Assembly (NCBI GenBank): GCA_038247025.1 | Contig: JBBRVI010000001.1 | Location: forward strand, 1-53,778 | Reading direction: 5' to 3' | DNA length: 53,778 nt | From: Acetobacterales bacterium | Lineage (GTDB): Bacteria; Pseudomonadota; Alphaproteobacteria; Acetobacterales; Acetobacteraceae | In this document: in pieces, positions 1 to 9,304 of the stretch | Layout: the number at the start of each line of letters is the position of its first letter | Position numbering within the stretch: the first letter of the stretch is position 1 | Notes under the pieces: generated by a model | The model's database searches: none | Told to the model about the DNA's origin: nothing | Seen by the model: only the letters and a program-made list of their open reading frames with translations | Made by a program: the position numbers and the translations under genes

Positions 1-280
1 AATCGAATTTTGGCAATCAGATCCATCGTCAACACCCCAGATTCTCCAGCTCAAATGCCGGATGATCGCATGATCCTGGGTGGAAACGTTTGGACGCTGT
101 TTACCCCAGGAATCTGGAAACTTTTGCACGCTGTTTTGCACAGCAGCTTCAGCTGAATCAAATCCTCGACGTTCTGCGTGACGATAGCGAGGCCATGGGA
201 AGCGCTGGTAGAGGAGGGGGTGGCTGACGAACGTCCCCCGTGTGCAGCCGCACCTCAACGGCCAACACGGACACCGAGCG

Positions 281-297
281 TGTCAGAATCACTTACA
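281..297 (+). promoter_or_regulatory. Putative PrsR enhancer box (TGT-N11-ACA)
   Basis: TGTCAGAATCACTTACA, 60 nt upstream of a sigma-54 site; matches the TGT-N11-ACA box known upstream of PEP-CTERM genes. Confidence 0.8.
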
Positions 298-357
298 GCG
301 CAGAATGAGCGTCGCGCCAAATACACTTAGTGATCTGTATTGGCAATATTTTTTTCC

Positions 358-373
358 TGGCACAAGGCTTGCT
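358..373 (+). promoter_or_regulatory. Sigma-54 (-24/-12) promoter
   Basis: TGGCACAAGGCTTGCT = TGGCAC-N5-TTGCW; preceded by AT tract CAATATTTTTTT (344-355). Confidence 0.88.
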
Positions 374-448
374 TACTGCTGTGGCTGTGAAGGAACTCCG
401 GTCACTCGGTGCCTTCATGTGTCGCAACGCTTATCCAGGAGACCTGTC

Positions 449-1231
449 ATGAAGATGCATCAATGGGGCCAAAAGCTCCGTCAACTCGGGGCCGTCGCGC
501 TGCTCGCGATTCCCCTCTCCCTACCGGGGACCGCGCGGGCCGTTCCCGTCGGCCTCGAACTCTCGCTGCTGATCGACGTCTCGGGCAGCATAAGTGCGAG
601 CGAATACAATCTGCAAAGGACCGGCTATGTGCAGGCCTTCCAGAATGCCGCCGTGCAGGCCGCCATTCTGGGCAGCGTCGGTGGCGCCATTGCCGTGAAC
701 TTCATACAGTGGTCGGGTGCTGCCGAACAGCAGCAGTCACTCGGCTGGACGCTGATCAGTTCCGTTGCCCAATCCAACGCCTTCGCGGCTGCGATTGCCG
801 TATTGCCCCGCGCCTTTTCCGGCTCGACCGCGCCCGGCAGCGCCCTTAACTTCGCGGTGCCGCTGTTCGCCAACAACGGCTTCGAAGGTGCGCGTCTTGT
901 GATCGACGTCTCGGGTGACGGCGAGCAAAATGATGGCGTCAACACGCTCGCGGCTCGCAATGCAGCGTTGGGTGCGGGTGGCATCAACACGATCAATGGC
1001 CTGCCCATTGGCGGCGGCATAGCCCTCGCCAACTGGTACACGGCCAACATCGTGGGCGGCGCCAATGGCTTCACTGAGGTCGCCAACAGCTTCAACGACT
1101 TCGGTGACGCGATCCAGCGCAAGTTGGTTCGGGAGATCACCAATGTCCCCGAGCCCGCTTCGCTCGCCCTGTTCGGGCTCGGCCTGGCGGCACTCGGCAT
1201 GGCTCGCCGGCGGCGCGCGGCCCGCGGCTGA
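449..1231 (+). CDS. PEP-CTERM surface protein with vWA-like (DUF1194-type) domain
   Basis: ATG at 449 after AGGAGA; signal peptide ending ARA; MIDAS-like DVSGS and second IDVSGDG; C-terminal VPEPASLALFGLGLAALGMARRRR sorting signal. Confidence 0.92.
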   Translation: MKMHQWGQKLRQLGAVALLAIPLSLPGTARAVPVGLELSLLIDVSGSISASEYNLQRTGYVQAFQNAAVQAAILGSVGGAIAVNFIQWSGAAEQQQSLGWTLISSVAQSNAFAAAIAVLPRAFSGSTAPGSALNFAVPLFANNGFEGARLVIDVSGDGEQNDGVNTLAARNAALGAGGINTINGLPIGGGIALANWYTANIVGGANGFTEVANSFNDFGDAIQRKLVREITNVPEPASLALFGLGLAALGMARRRRAARG

Positions 1232-1236
1232 CATCC

Positions 1237-1262
1237 TGCTTTGGAGGTTCGCCTCCAAAGCA
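1237..1262 (+). terminator. Stem-loop directly after the stop codon (terminator or 3' stabiliser)
   Basis: TGCTTTGGAGG-TTCG-CCTCCAAAGCA: perfect 11-bp stem with UUCG loop; no clear U-tract. Confidence 0.55.
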
Positions 1263-1269
1263 TCAAACC

Positions 1270-1365
1270 GGAGCGTGAGTTTGCTGCGGCTGAAGCGCCA
1301 AGGCGAGCATCACGCTCCAAAACATCGCCAGACCATCGCCCCCTGAAGGGGGCGCGGTCTGGCGA
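1270..1365. repeat. Two further inverted repeats (REP-like or terminator)
   Basis: GGAGCGTGA(1270-1278)...TCACGCTCC(1310-1318); TCGCCAGACC-AT-CGCCCCC-TGAA-GGGGGCG-C-GGTCTGGCGA (1325-1365). Confidence 0.5.
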
Positions 1366-1933
1366 GACTTTGAGAGGGACCAATGTCCTGGATCTCCTCG
1401 GGCCCCGCCTTTCGGGCCATCGCCTTTGGGGCGGGTTCACGCATCTGGCGTTGAACTCCGGCACAACTCCCCTCCGCAGTGGGCACCGCAGTGAGGGAAA
1501 GCCGAGCCATGCTGCGCAAACCGCCCCCATCCGGCCCGATCATCGCTCTGCGGCGATCAAGCCGAGTGCGCTGGAGTCGTGCGCCCCTGCGGCAGGGTCA
1601 TGGGGCAAGAGAATTCCATCACCTGCTGCGCTAAGGTCCAGGAACCACTACGTCATGCGCCAACGTGGCTCACGCAGCCGCCGGATGTTCGCAGGCGGCT
1701 TTGCCGCTGGGGTGCTTGGACCTCAGCGGATCAGACCCTGGCTGAGATGTTCAAGGGGACCCGAGCTTGCCGTGAAATCCACCAAAACGCGCGCGGCGCG
1801 CCTGGGATAGAATTGGATGCAATACGGCGGAAGGGGGAGATGGGCCTGCGCGTGCCACACCATGCGGCAGCGACAGCGAGGCTGAGCCAGCTTACGCAGG
1901 CGGCTATTGAGAGCCGCCTGCGCTTGCCTTGGC

Positions 1934-2650
1934 TCAGGCCGCGGCGTTGGACTTGCGGCTGCGGCGGCGCACCATCGCCAGACCCAGCAGCCCGGCGCCG
2001 AAGAGCGCCATGCTCGCGGGCTCCGGCACGGTCACGGTCAGGATCGAAGGCGCGCCGTTCTGACGCCCGAAGAAGAGCGTTGTGTCAGCCGTGCTCGCCA
2101 GGACCACAGACTCGGTGATGACAGAGGTCGGGCCTGCCGTTGTCGTGCCGATGCGCGTGCTACCCTGAAAGACGCTCACGCCGTCATCATGGGTGATCGT
2201 CAGGCGCGTGCCGGCGGCGAGCGTGCCAAGGCCGATCGTGTAGAGCGAGCCATATTGATAGCCGCTGGCGCTGCCGCTCGACCCCAGGAAACTGGCGAGC
2301 GTCGCGAAGTTGGCGCCGCCCGGCGCGGCGATGGAGCCCGCACCCGCGTAGTTGGAAATGGATCCGACATTCGGACTGAAGAAGGTGGAGTTCAGATCGC
2401 CGGTGTTGGTGGCGTTCTGCGGAGGGCCCACGTTGAAGTTGAGCGGGCCGTTGTAATTGAAGGTGGCCGTGATCGCCCCCGCGAAGTTGAAGCCCGGCGA
2501 GGTGTTCGTGGCCTGGAACTGGGCGCCGTTCTGGTTGGCGGTCTGGACCTTGAAGGTGAAGGTCGGCCCTGCGGAAGCGGTACCCGCAAGGCCAAGGCCC
2601 ACGGCGCATGCCGCGACGCCTGCTAGCATCATACGTCTCAAGCTGGTCAT
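1934..2650 (-). CDS. PEP-CTERM surface protein, Thr/Ser/Gly/Asn-rich, with PA14-like HDDG motif
   Basis: ATG at 2650 after AAGGA; signal peptide ending ASA; C-terminal VPEPASMALFGAGLLGLAMVRRRSRK. Confidence 0.92.
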   Translation of the reverse strand: MTSLRRMMLAGVAACAVGLGLAGTASAGPTFTFKVQTANQNGAQFQATNTSPGFNFAGAITATFNYNGPLNFNVGPPQNATNTGDLNSTFFSPNVGSISNYAGAGSIAAPGGANFATLASFLGSSGSASGYQYGSLYTIGLGTLAAGTRLTITHDDGVSVFQGSTRIGTTTAGPTSVITESVVLASTADTTLFFGRQNGAPSILTVTVPEPASMALFGAGLLGLAMVRRRSRKSNAAA

Positions 2651-2703
2651 TTGAATGTCCTTTGCATTGCCACACCGGATCGTCCCAGTGTGAGACACTA
2701 ACC

Positions 2704-2719
2704 AGCAATTTTGGTGCCA
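2704..2719 (-). promoter_or_regulatory. Sigma-54 (-24/-12) promoter
   Basis: Minus strand TGGCACCAAAATTGCT, preceded by the same CAATATTTTTTT tract (2720-2731) as the promoter at 358. Confidence 0.88.
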
Positions 2720-2778
2720 AAAAAAATATTGTGCTTTTACAAAACACTAAACCGACTTCCAGCCTCACTGAGAAATCT

Positions 2779-2795
2779 CGTAAGCGTCTTCGACA
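2779..2795 (-). promoter_or_regulatory. Putative PrsR enhancer box
   Basis: Minus strand TGTCGAAGACGCTTACG, 59 nt upstream of the sigma-54 site. Confidence 0.72.
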
Positions 2796-3279
2796 CCGCT
2801 GCCGCTCAGGACCGGGTAAAAGATTACTGGCGAATCAAGTCCTGGGCTGCGCCAAGCGAAATACTCTGGCCAGTGCAAACGTAGCTCATGCCCAAGCCGC
2901 GCGGCGCATCACACCCATACCAACTAAAGATGACGGGCCACCAAGCCAGCGTCGCCTCAAGCTCCATGCGAAATTTATACCGTGAGGGACCAAAGCAGCC
3001 CTGTTCCCGAAAGGCGAGCGTAGGGGTCTGCGTCGGTTAAGATCATGGTTCGAAAAGGCAAGCGCTCACCGGGCAAGTGCTCTGAGAGATTGGCGGCGCC
3101 AAGCCTGGCAATGGAGGCGGGCGCCCGGCTGCTCGCCTAGCCGACTATGCAGCGTGCTATGCAGGAATGAACGCAGCTATGACCCCACAACTACCCAGCC
3201 AAAGGGCTTGGGGTGAGCCCGGCGCTTACATGTTCGCGCAAACGCCCATTCAAACCGGCTGATGTTAAGAGGCGCCTAC

Positions 3280-3858
3280 TTACTCTTCGGCGATCTGGGA
3301 GTGCTGCCCCCGAGCCACGGCACGAGCAAAAGCAATTAGGGCATGTCGGCGGCGCGGATCGCTGATGGTTTCGTAAACCTCCACCAGCTCCACAAGATCA
3401 TCCGACTCGGCAATCGAGTGGCTTCTGATTGGGGCTTCGGCCTCTGCCAGGGTGGTAGAGTTGCCCATCAGGACCTCAGGCCGGACATGGAGAGCCGCCG
3501 CAATGGCAATCAGGCGGCTGGCAGCAACGCGGGTAGACCCCGTCTCGTAACGATGAAATTGCGCCCCGGTCACGCCCACGATCTTGGCGATCTGCTTTTG
3601 GGTGCGGCCCGAAGCCCGGCGCAACTGCTTGATCCGGCTGCCCACATGGGCATCATCTGACGTGGGGGAGCGGTTGTTGAGGTACGGCGGAAGAGCCTCT
3701 GTTTGGAGCGAGACCCCCAAAGGGGGCATTTGGTTCCGCAGAGTCGCTTCCCCAGCAAGCTGCACGGGGCGCATGGCCTCAGCCGGGAGACCAGGCTGCG
3801 CCTGTTGCCTGCCGGACAGCCCGCCAACCCGAAGATATTTTGCCATGCCATGCATCAC
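3280..3858 (-). CDS. XRE/Cro-C1 family HTH transcriptional regulator
   Basis: VGSRIKQLRRASGRTQKQIAKIVGVTGAQFHRYETG HTH plus C-terminal DPRRRHALIAFARAVA helix; start uncertain (3858/3855 have AAGGA; 3729 possible). Confidence 0.85.
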   Translation of the reverse strand: MMHGMAKYLRVGGLSGRQQAQPGLPAEAMRPVQLAGEATLRNQMPPLGVSLQTEALPPYLNNRSPTSDDAHVGSRIKQLRRASGRTQKQIAKIVGVTGAQFHRYETGSTRVAASRLIAIAAALHVRPEVLMGNSTTLAEAEAPIRSHSIAESDDLVELVEVYETISDPRRRHALIAFARAVARGQHSQIAEE

Positions 3859-4623
3859 GATGATCCTTCTAAAAAGGCCGCGTCTAGCGCCGACCAGATG
3901 GGGAAAAAGAAAAAACGCAACTAATTATATTCTGACGATGGGAAAACGCGTGGGAGCGACGCCGTGGCGGGACGGTTTGCCCTGCACAGGCACACGATCC
4001 CGGCCGCGCCCTCGGAGCAGACCATATTAAAGCCAAGCGTCCCAAATGACCGCGCAATCAACGCGGCAACTCGGGGAACTGGCTTTTGAGCATTGATCTT
4101 TCGCATCAGCTTCATCCAACGCCATTGAGCGATTGGGAAAAGGTTAATCAACTCCAAAGAATTCCGACAGCATCGGAAAATACTCAAGGTGAATCATTTC
4201 GCCAAAGACGCATGAACACCGAAATGCAGCCTTAGGTTGAGGTTTTTTTACCCTAAAACACGCATGAAGGGCATTTTAGCCACATCCTTCGGAAATTACT
4301 TATATGCTTTTGGTTGAAGTTCGAAGGGGCGCGGATTGCCAAATTCGGGGAATTTGACAGGTGGCAGAATGCCCAGACTGCTTCGTTGATGCAGCGGTCC
4401 AATGACAAGCGCAGCACGGCCGTGCCCTTCCCTGTGGGCAGAACCGCCCCTTCATGAGGGGCAGTGGTCAAGCGTGATCGGCGGGATGCGAACCACGCTT
4501 GACACAATTTGTTCATAGGCTGGTATGCAACTTCAGCGATTGAGCCGTCGTGGAGCAGCCCTAAGCTCCTATTTTTGCGGCTTATCTATCCGTACGGATG
4601 GCGCCACCCGAACGGGTCGTCTC

Positions 4624-7600
4624 TTAGATGAAGCTCCAGTCGGAGAAATGCACCGTCGCGCCATTCGTGAAGTTGATCGCTTCCATCGGCATGCCATCTG
4701 CGTCGAGCACCTGCCACACATTCGCGCTCACCTGCACGAAACTCGAATCCGTTTCGAAGCCGGAAAACACCAGCCGATCACCGATCAGCGCCCCGTTTCC
4801 GTTGAAATCCACAATGGTATCGCCTGCAGCCTGGCCGCGCGTGAAAAGGAAAACGTCGTTGCCGCTATTACCGGCGAGCACGTCCACGCCAGCCCCGCCG
4901 TCTATCGTGTCGGCCCCGGCACCGCCGGAAATTCTGTCATTGCCCGAAAACCCGAAGATCTGGTTGGGGCCGACATCGCCAATCAACCTGTCATTGCCCA
5001 TGGTTCCGTTGATAAAAGCGGCAAAAGGATCGTCGTTGATGATGGTGGCGATGGCAGTCGTCGTACCAAGCTTGGCCCCGACCGGGGCGGTCAGCGTCAC
5101 CTTGAAGGTTTCGTTGCTTTCAATTGCCACATCACCAGCGACATTGATCGTGAGCACCTGGCTCGTCTGGCCTGGGGCGAAGCTTACCACTCCCTTTGGC
5201 AGCACCCCTCCTACGAAATCGGCCGCGTTGGCCTTTGCCGTGCCAGCGGGGGCGACAGCCCAACTCGCGCTGGATGCGCCGCTCACATCGCCTGCGCGTG
5301 TCACTGTGAAGGTGAAGGGTGTCAGGCCCGACGCCCCCTCGGTGACCGAGGCCTCCAGCGCCGCGATCGACATTGTCGCAGCCGCCGCGGCGTCATCATT
5401 GCGAATGATGGCCGAAGCGGAAGCGACACCCAACGTAGCGCCGGCCGAAGGTGATGACAGCGTCATCGTGAAGCCCTCGTTGGCTTCCACAAGACTATCC
5501 CCCGCGACATTCGCGTTGATGAGCTTTGTGGTCTCGCCCGCCAGGAACGTCACGGTGCCACTGGGCAGAATGCCGCCTGCGAAATCCGCCGCATTGGCCG
5601 GGGCGGGGCCAGTTCCGGCAACACTCCATTTGGCGCTGGCGGCACCGCTCGTATCGCCAATGCGGGTCACCGTGAAGGCGAAGGCCGTCGTCCCTGACTG
5701 ACCCTCTCCGATGGAAGCAGCTGGCCCCGCCACGGAGAGTTGCGCGTCGTCGTTGACGATCGTCACTGGGTTGGGCGCTGCGCCGAGAATCACCCCGGAT
5801 GAAGGCGAGGAGAGCGTGATCGAGAAGGACTCATTCGCCTCGACCACCGTATCTCCGGCGAGGTTCACCTGGATCACCTTTGTTGTCTCACCGACGGCGA
5901 AGCTCACCAGGCCCGAAGGCATCACATTGCCGACGAAATCACTGGCCGTCGCTGGATTCGCACCAGAGCCTGTCGCGGCCCAGCTGGCGCTGACGGCGCT
6001 GGTCGTATCGCCGCTGCGGGTGATTGTGATGCTAACAGGCGTCGCACCGGAATTGCCTTCGGTCACAGCGCCCCCCGCGCTCACCCGGAACAGGGCATCA
6101 TCGTTACGGATCGTGCCGCTTGCGGTGCTGGTCTGCAGCGAAGCACCGGTCGGCGCGGACAAGACCAGTGTAAAGGCTTCATTGGCCTCGACCACGGTGT
6201 CACCCGATACGGCGACGCTGATGGTCTTTGTGGTTTCACCCGCAGCGAAGCGGACGACGCCCGAGGGCAGCACGCCACCAACGAAATCCCCCGCCATGGC
6301 CGGATTGACGACAGCCCACGCAGCGGTGGAAGCACTGCTGACATCACCGCTGCGCGTCACGAGGAAGGTGAAAGCCGAGCTGCCGGAATTACCCTCCGCC
6401 TGATCGGCGGCGAGAGCGCTGACGGAAAGGGTGGGCAAAGAGTTGGGCTGCGGTGTCAGTGCGGCCGGGACGACGAAACTGACTTCGCCCGTGCGGGTCA
6501 GCAGCTCCCTGAAACCCAGCGGAGCGCCCGCCGCGAACACTTCCTCAACCCAAAGATTACGATCTGTTTCAGCCGAGCCGCCCCATGCGTCATTCGTGAA
6601 CCGCACCGTGACAGTATGAGCTACGCCTTGCGCGAAGTTCCCAAGCTGTAACAGTTGGCCGCCCTGCGCGTGTTGGATCGAGATTTCCCCGCGGAACACC
6701 TCGTTGCCATTCACCAGGACAACCGCAATCGGGTTCCCGCCCCAGCTCTCCGCACCCAGCTTGATCGAGAGAGCTTCCTGCCCACCCTCCGGTAAGGGTG
6801 GGGCAGGAGGAGGGGGAGGAGGAGACGATGCTGGTGGAGGCACAAAAGCCCCGCCGCCCCCCGGCGCGCTGATCGCGTACAGAGGGTCGCGTGCAAAAGC
6901 AGCAGAGCTGGTGAAGGGCGGCGCTTCGGCCAACAAGGCATCGTAAGCAGCGCGGGCTTCGGCGGAGCCGGTCAACTGGGCGATGGCAGACAGCGTTGCC
7001 AACGCCAGCTGTCCATAGTCACCCTGAGTCTTGGACCACGTCGTGTCCCCATTGGTCCAGCCCCGCGCCACCATCTGCGCGCCAATCTCAGCCCAAGTCT
7101 TGTAGGGGATGTCGGTGGTGGGGTCGCTGATGGCGATGAGATAAGCCGCGCCATCGCGGCTCTCGAAGCCCCGGGCCTCATTGGTGAAGCGGCCTACAAG
7201 GAAATTGGACTGCCAGTTGAGGAAGGTCAGCGCGTCCGCATTGCCCCGGCTGGCGGCGGCTATGACTGTGGACGCGAAGTAATCCTGCTGCCAGGGCGGC
7301 AACGCACCGCGAGAGCCATACACGCCAGGCACCCAGCCATGCGCTTCGCCCTGCTCGGCCGTCCATTTGGGAATCTGTGCGACCAGCCACTGGTAGTTGG
7401 CGTTGGACACGGATTGGAAATAGGCCTTCTCAGCGCTGCCATCAGGGCTGCTGAAGGCGGCCTCGTCCACTTGGCGCAAGCCCCAGGCGGCACCGCGCAC
7501 CTGGTTCTGATTAACCAGGTTGTCGTCGGCGTCGCCCCGCACCAGCGGCCATTGCGTGACCACGTTCCAGGCTGCCTGCGCCTGCACGCCATCCAGTAGC

Positions 7601-8859
7601 CAGCGCTGGCCGGTCAAAAGATAAGGTACGTAGGAGAGACTTGGCTGATGCGATGTGGCGTACGACCAGCCCGTTTGCGCATCGACCTGCTGGGTCAGAC
7701 CACCAGAGTTTGGGTCGCCCGGGGTGCCTGTGCCGCCGCGGTAGTCAGTCCAGAGCCTGGGGTAGGCGTCGGTGTTGAGCCAGGTTTTGTTCTGTGCATC
7801 CCAGAAATGCCAGGGAACCGACGTGGAGGCCTGCGCTTGGCCGAGCGCGTAATCCGCCGCGCGCGAATCCTGGCTGATGAGCCAGGTGGTGTTGCCAAGG
7901 GTTGTGAAGCCGATATCGCCGCGCCCACCGGCCTGGCCCATGTTTTGCGTGACGCCATTGGTGGCGAGCGGAGCACTCCATCCCGGCGCCTGCGCCGCGC
8001 TGCCCAGAACTGCCAACAGGCCTGGGTCGATCTTCAAGCCGAGATCATACTGCGCAACGGCACCCGTCGCTTGGAGATGGTCGATATCGTGGCGAATGTT
8101 CAGCCAGCCCGCCTGCGGGTCGCCCAGGCCCTGTCCGCCATCGGTCGCGTTGCTGGCGAAGCTCGCATGCCAGTTCTGGTACTGGCCTTGGTTGATGGTT
8201 TCGTTCACGACCTGCTTGCCGTCGAGGGTCGCTTTGAGACTGTAGTTTACGCGGCCTCCTGTGGCCTGCATCGCTTCATCATTGTTGAACTGAGCCTCGA
8301 TTGAGAGGCCGCCTCCCTTGAAGGCGGTGACATCGAAGATCATCCGCTGTGAGCCAGGCAGGTCAATTTCTACTCGCGCCTGGCTGGCCAAAGCGCCATT
8401 TTCCCAGAAGCTGGCCGTTCCGTTTGTAATGCCTTGGCGCAACGCTGCCAGCACATCCAACTGCAAATTCGCACCACCCTGGATGTTGACTTCCACGGTG
8501 AACGCGTGCGCGAGACTGGCCGCCGCAAGGTCGATCGGTGCAGCAGTGGCAGGAGAGGCTACCTTGGAGAGAGTAATATCCACTGTGGCGCCGGCCACCA
8601 GCGCCGGCCGCTCGACGGCGAGGACGGCCATCTTCACCGAGCCATCAGCGTAGCGCGACTTGACCTCGATCTGCACAAAACCCGCCGTCTGCCCGAATTG
8701 TGCGACGAGGCCGGCCCCTGAAGGCAATTGTCCCGGCAGAAACACCTGGCCGAAGGTGGCGACACCTGCTCCGAGGCTCGCACTGCCGGCATTTTCGAAG
8801 GTGATTTTCAACGCAGTGGTTGCAGCGGAGGCAATCGAAGTTAGAATCGTGCTCGACAT
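4624..8859 (-). CDS. Large secreted protein: lyase-like core + Pro linker + CBM60-like module + 4 Calx-beta + RTX repeats (probable T1SS substrate)
   Basis: ATG at 8859 after GGAGA; no N-terminal signal peptide; core paralogous to 29522-31603; FTNDAWGG...DRNLWV module; four EG..G...TR.GD...GD...E.NE.F...I.NDD repeats; GGAGADTI/GGAGVDVL nonapeptides near the C-terminus. Confidence 0.9.
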   Translation of the reverse strand: MSSTILTSIASAATTALKITFENAGSASLGAGVATFGQVFLPGQLPSGAGLVAQFGQTAGFVQIEVKSRYADGSVKMAVLAVERPALVAGATVDITLSKVASPATAAPIDLAAASLAHAFTVEVNIQGGANLQLDVLAALRQGITNGTASFWENGALASQARVEIDLPGSQRMIFDVTAFKGGGLSIEAQFNNDEAMQATGGRVNYSLKATLDGKQVVNETINQGQYQNWHASFASNATDGGQGLGDPQAGWLNIRHDIDHLQATGAVAQYDLGLKIDPGLLAVLGSAAQAPGWSAPLATNGVTQNMGQAGGRGDIGFTTLGNTTWLISQDSRAADYALGQAQASTSVPWHFWDAQNKTWLNTDAYPRLWTDYRGGTGTPGDPNSGGLTQQVDAQTGWSYATSHQPSLSYVPYLLTGQRWLLDGVQAQAAWNVVTQWPLVRGDADDNLVNQNQVRGAAWGLRQVDEAAFSSPDGSAEKAYFQSVSNANYQWLVAQIPKWTAEQGEAHGWVPGVYGSRGALPPWQQDYFASTVIAAASRGNADALTFLNWQSNFLVGRFTNEARGFESRDGAAYLIAISDPTTDIPYKTWAEIGAQMVARGWTNGDTTWSKTQGDYGQLALATLSAIAQLTGSAEARAAYDALLAEAPPFTSSAAFARDPLYAISAPGGGGAFVPPPASSPPPPPPAPPLPEGGQEALSIKLGAESWGGNPIAVVLVNGNEVFRGEISIQHAQGGQLLQLGNFAQGVAHTVTVRFTNDAWGGSAETDRNLWVEEVFAAGAPLGFRELLTRTGEVSFVVPAALTPQPNSLPTLSVSALAADQAEGNSGSSAFTFLVTRSGDVSSASTAAWAVVNPAMAGDFVGGVLPSGVVRFAAGETTKTISVAVSGDTVVEANEAFTLVLSAPTGASLQTSTASGTIRNDDALFRVSAGGAVTEGNSGATPVSITITRSGDTTSAVSASWAATGSGANPATASDFVGNVMPSGLVSFAVGETTKVIQVNLAGDTVVEANESFSITLSSPSSGVILGAAPNPVTIVNDDAQLSVAGPAASIGEGQSGTTAFAFTVTRIGDTSGAASAKWSVAGTGPAPANAADFAGGILPSGTVTFLAGETTKLINANVAGDSLVEANEGFTMTLSSPSAGATLGVASASAIIRNDDAAAAATMSIAALEASVTEGASGLTPFTFTVTRAGDVSGASSASWAVAPAGTAKANAADFVGGVLPKGVVSFAPGQTSQVLTINVAGDVAIESNETFKVTLTAPVGAKLGTTTAIATIINDDPFAAFINGTMGNDRLIGDVGPNQIFGFSGNDRISGGAGADTIDGGAGVDVLAGNSGNDVFLFTRGQAAGDTIVDFNGNGALIGDRLVFSGFETDSSFVQVSANVWQVLDADGMPMEAINFTNGATVHFSDWSFI
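5029..6435 (-). repeat. Four tandem Calx-beta domain repeats (about 115 aa each)
   Basis: Repeats end in TIRNDD, TIVNDD, IIRNDD and TIINDD, each with DF(V/A)G(G/N)..P.G.V.F..G(E/Q)T. Confidence 0.88.
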
Positions 8860-9147
8860 GCGGCTCTCCAGATGAGTGTGTCTGGGGAGATGTTTTCTAC
8901 CATAGGCTGAATTTAGCAACCCTAAGATTCCGTAAATTCTATCTTAAGGATCACTAAAAATGCAAATAAGTAACAAAATTCCCCTTTAGTTTATCTTTGT
9001 ATTTACTTTACATAAACCCTCCCATTTCACGAAAAAATCGCTCAAAATTCAATCGTAGTATCTGGTATTAAATAGACTATGCCTGACTTATGCGAAGTAT
9101 ACCGAGGCCTTCGCAAAGATTCGACGGTATGTTTTCATTTAAAGGAC

Positions 9148-9169
9148 TCAACAAAACCACTTTTGTTGA
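9148..9169. promoter_or_regulatory. Palindromic candidate operator in an AT-rich divergent promoter region
   Basis: TCAACAAAA-CCAC-TTTTGTTGA, perfect 9-bp arms. Confidence 0.4.
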
Positions 9170-9304
9170 TAAAACCCTCAACAGGTAGATAGGAGATCTC
9201 GAAATCATGATAAAAAAACCATATTTCCTGAACCGAAGCGCCGGGCCAAGAAACAATGGCGCCGAACAACGCCGAGTACATCTGCCTGCACGGCACGCAA
9301 GATC

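Noticed and set aside
1-240. Possible partial CDS or structured RNA (TCCTGGG...CCCAGGA inverted repeat near 73-111)
   Set aside because: No convincing ORF; stem imperfect and context truncated
242-448. 5' extension of the first ORF
   Set aside because: Covers the enhancer and sigma-54 promoter; RBS and signal peptide point to ATG at 449
1241-1810. 189-aa ORF and overlapping ORFs in the convergent gap
   Set aside because: No recognisable motifs, Arg/Pro/Ser-rich shadow composition, overlaps hairpins
3921-4516. Two 87-88 aa minus-strand ORFs
   Set aside because: No motifs or clear RBS; atypical composition
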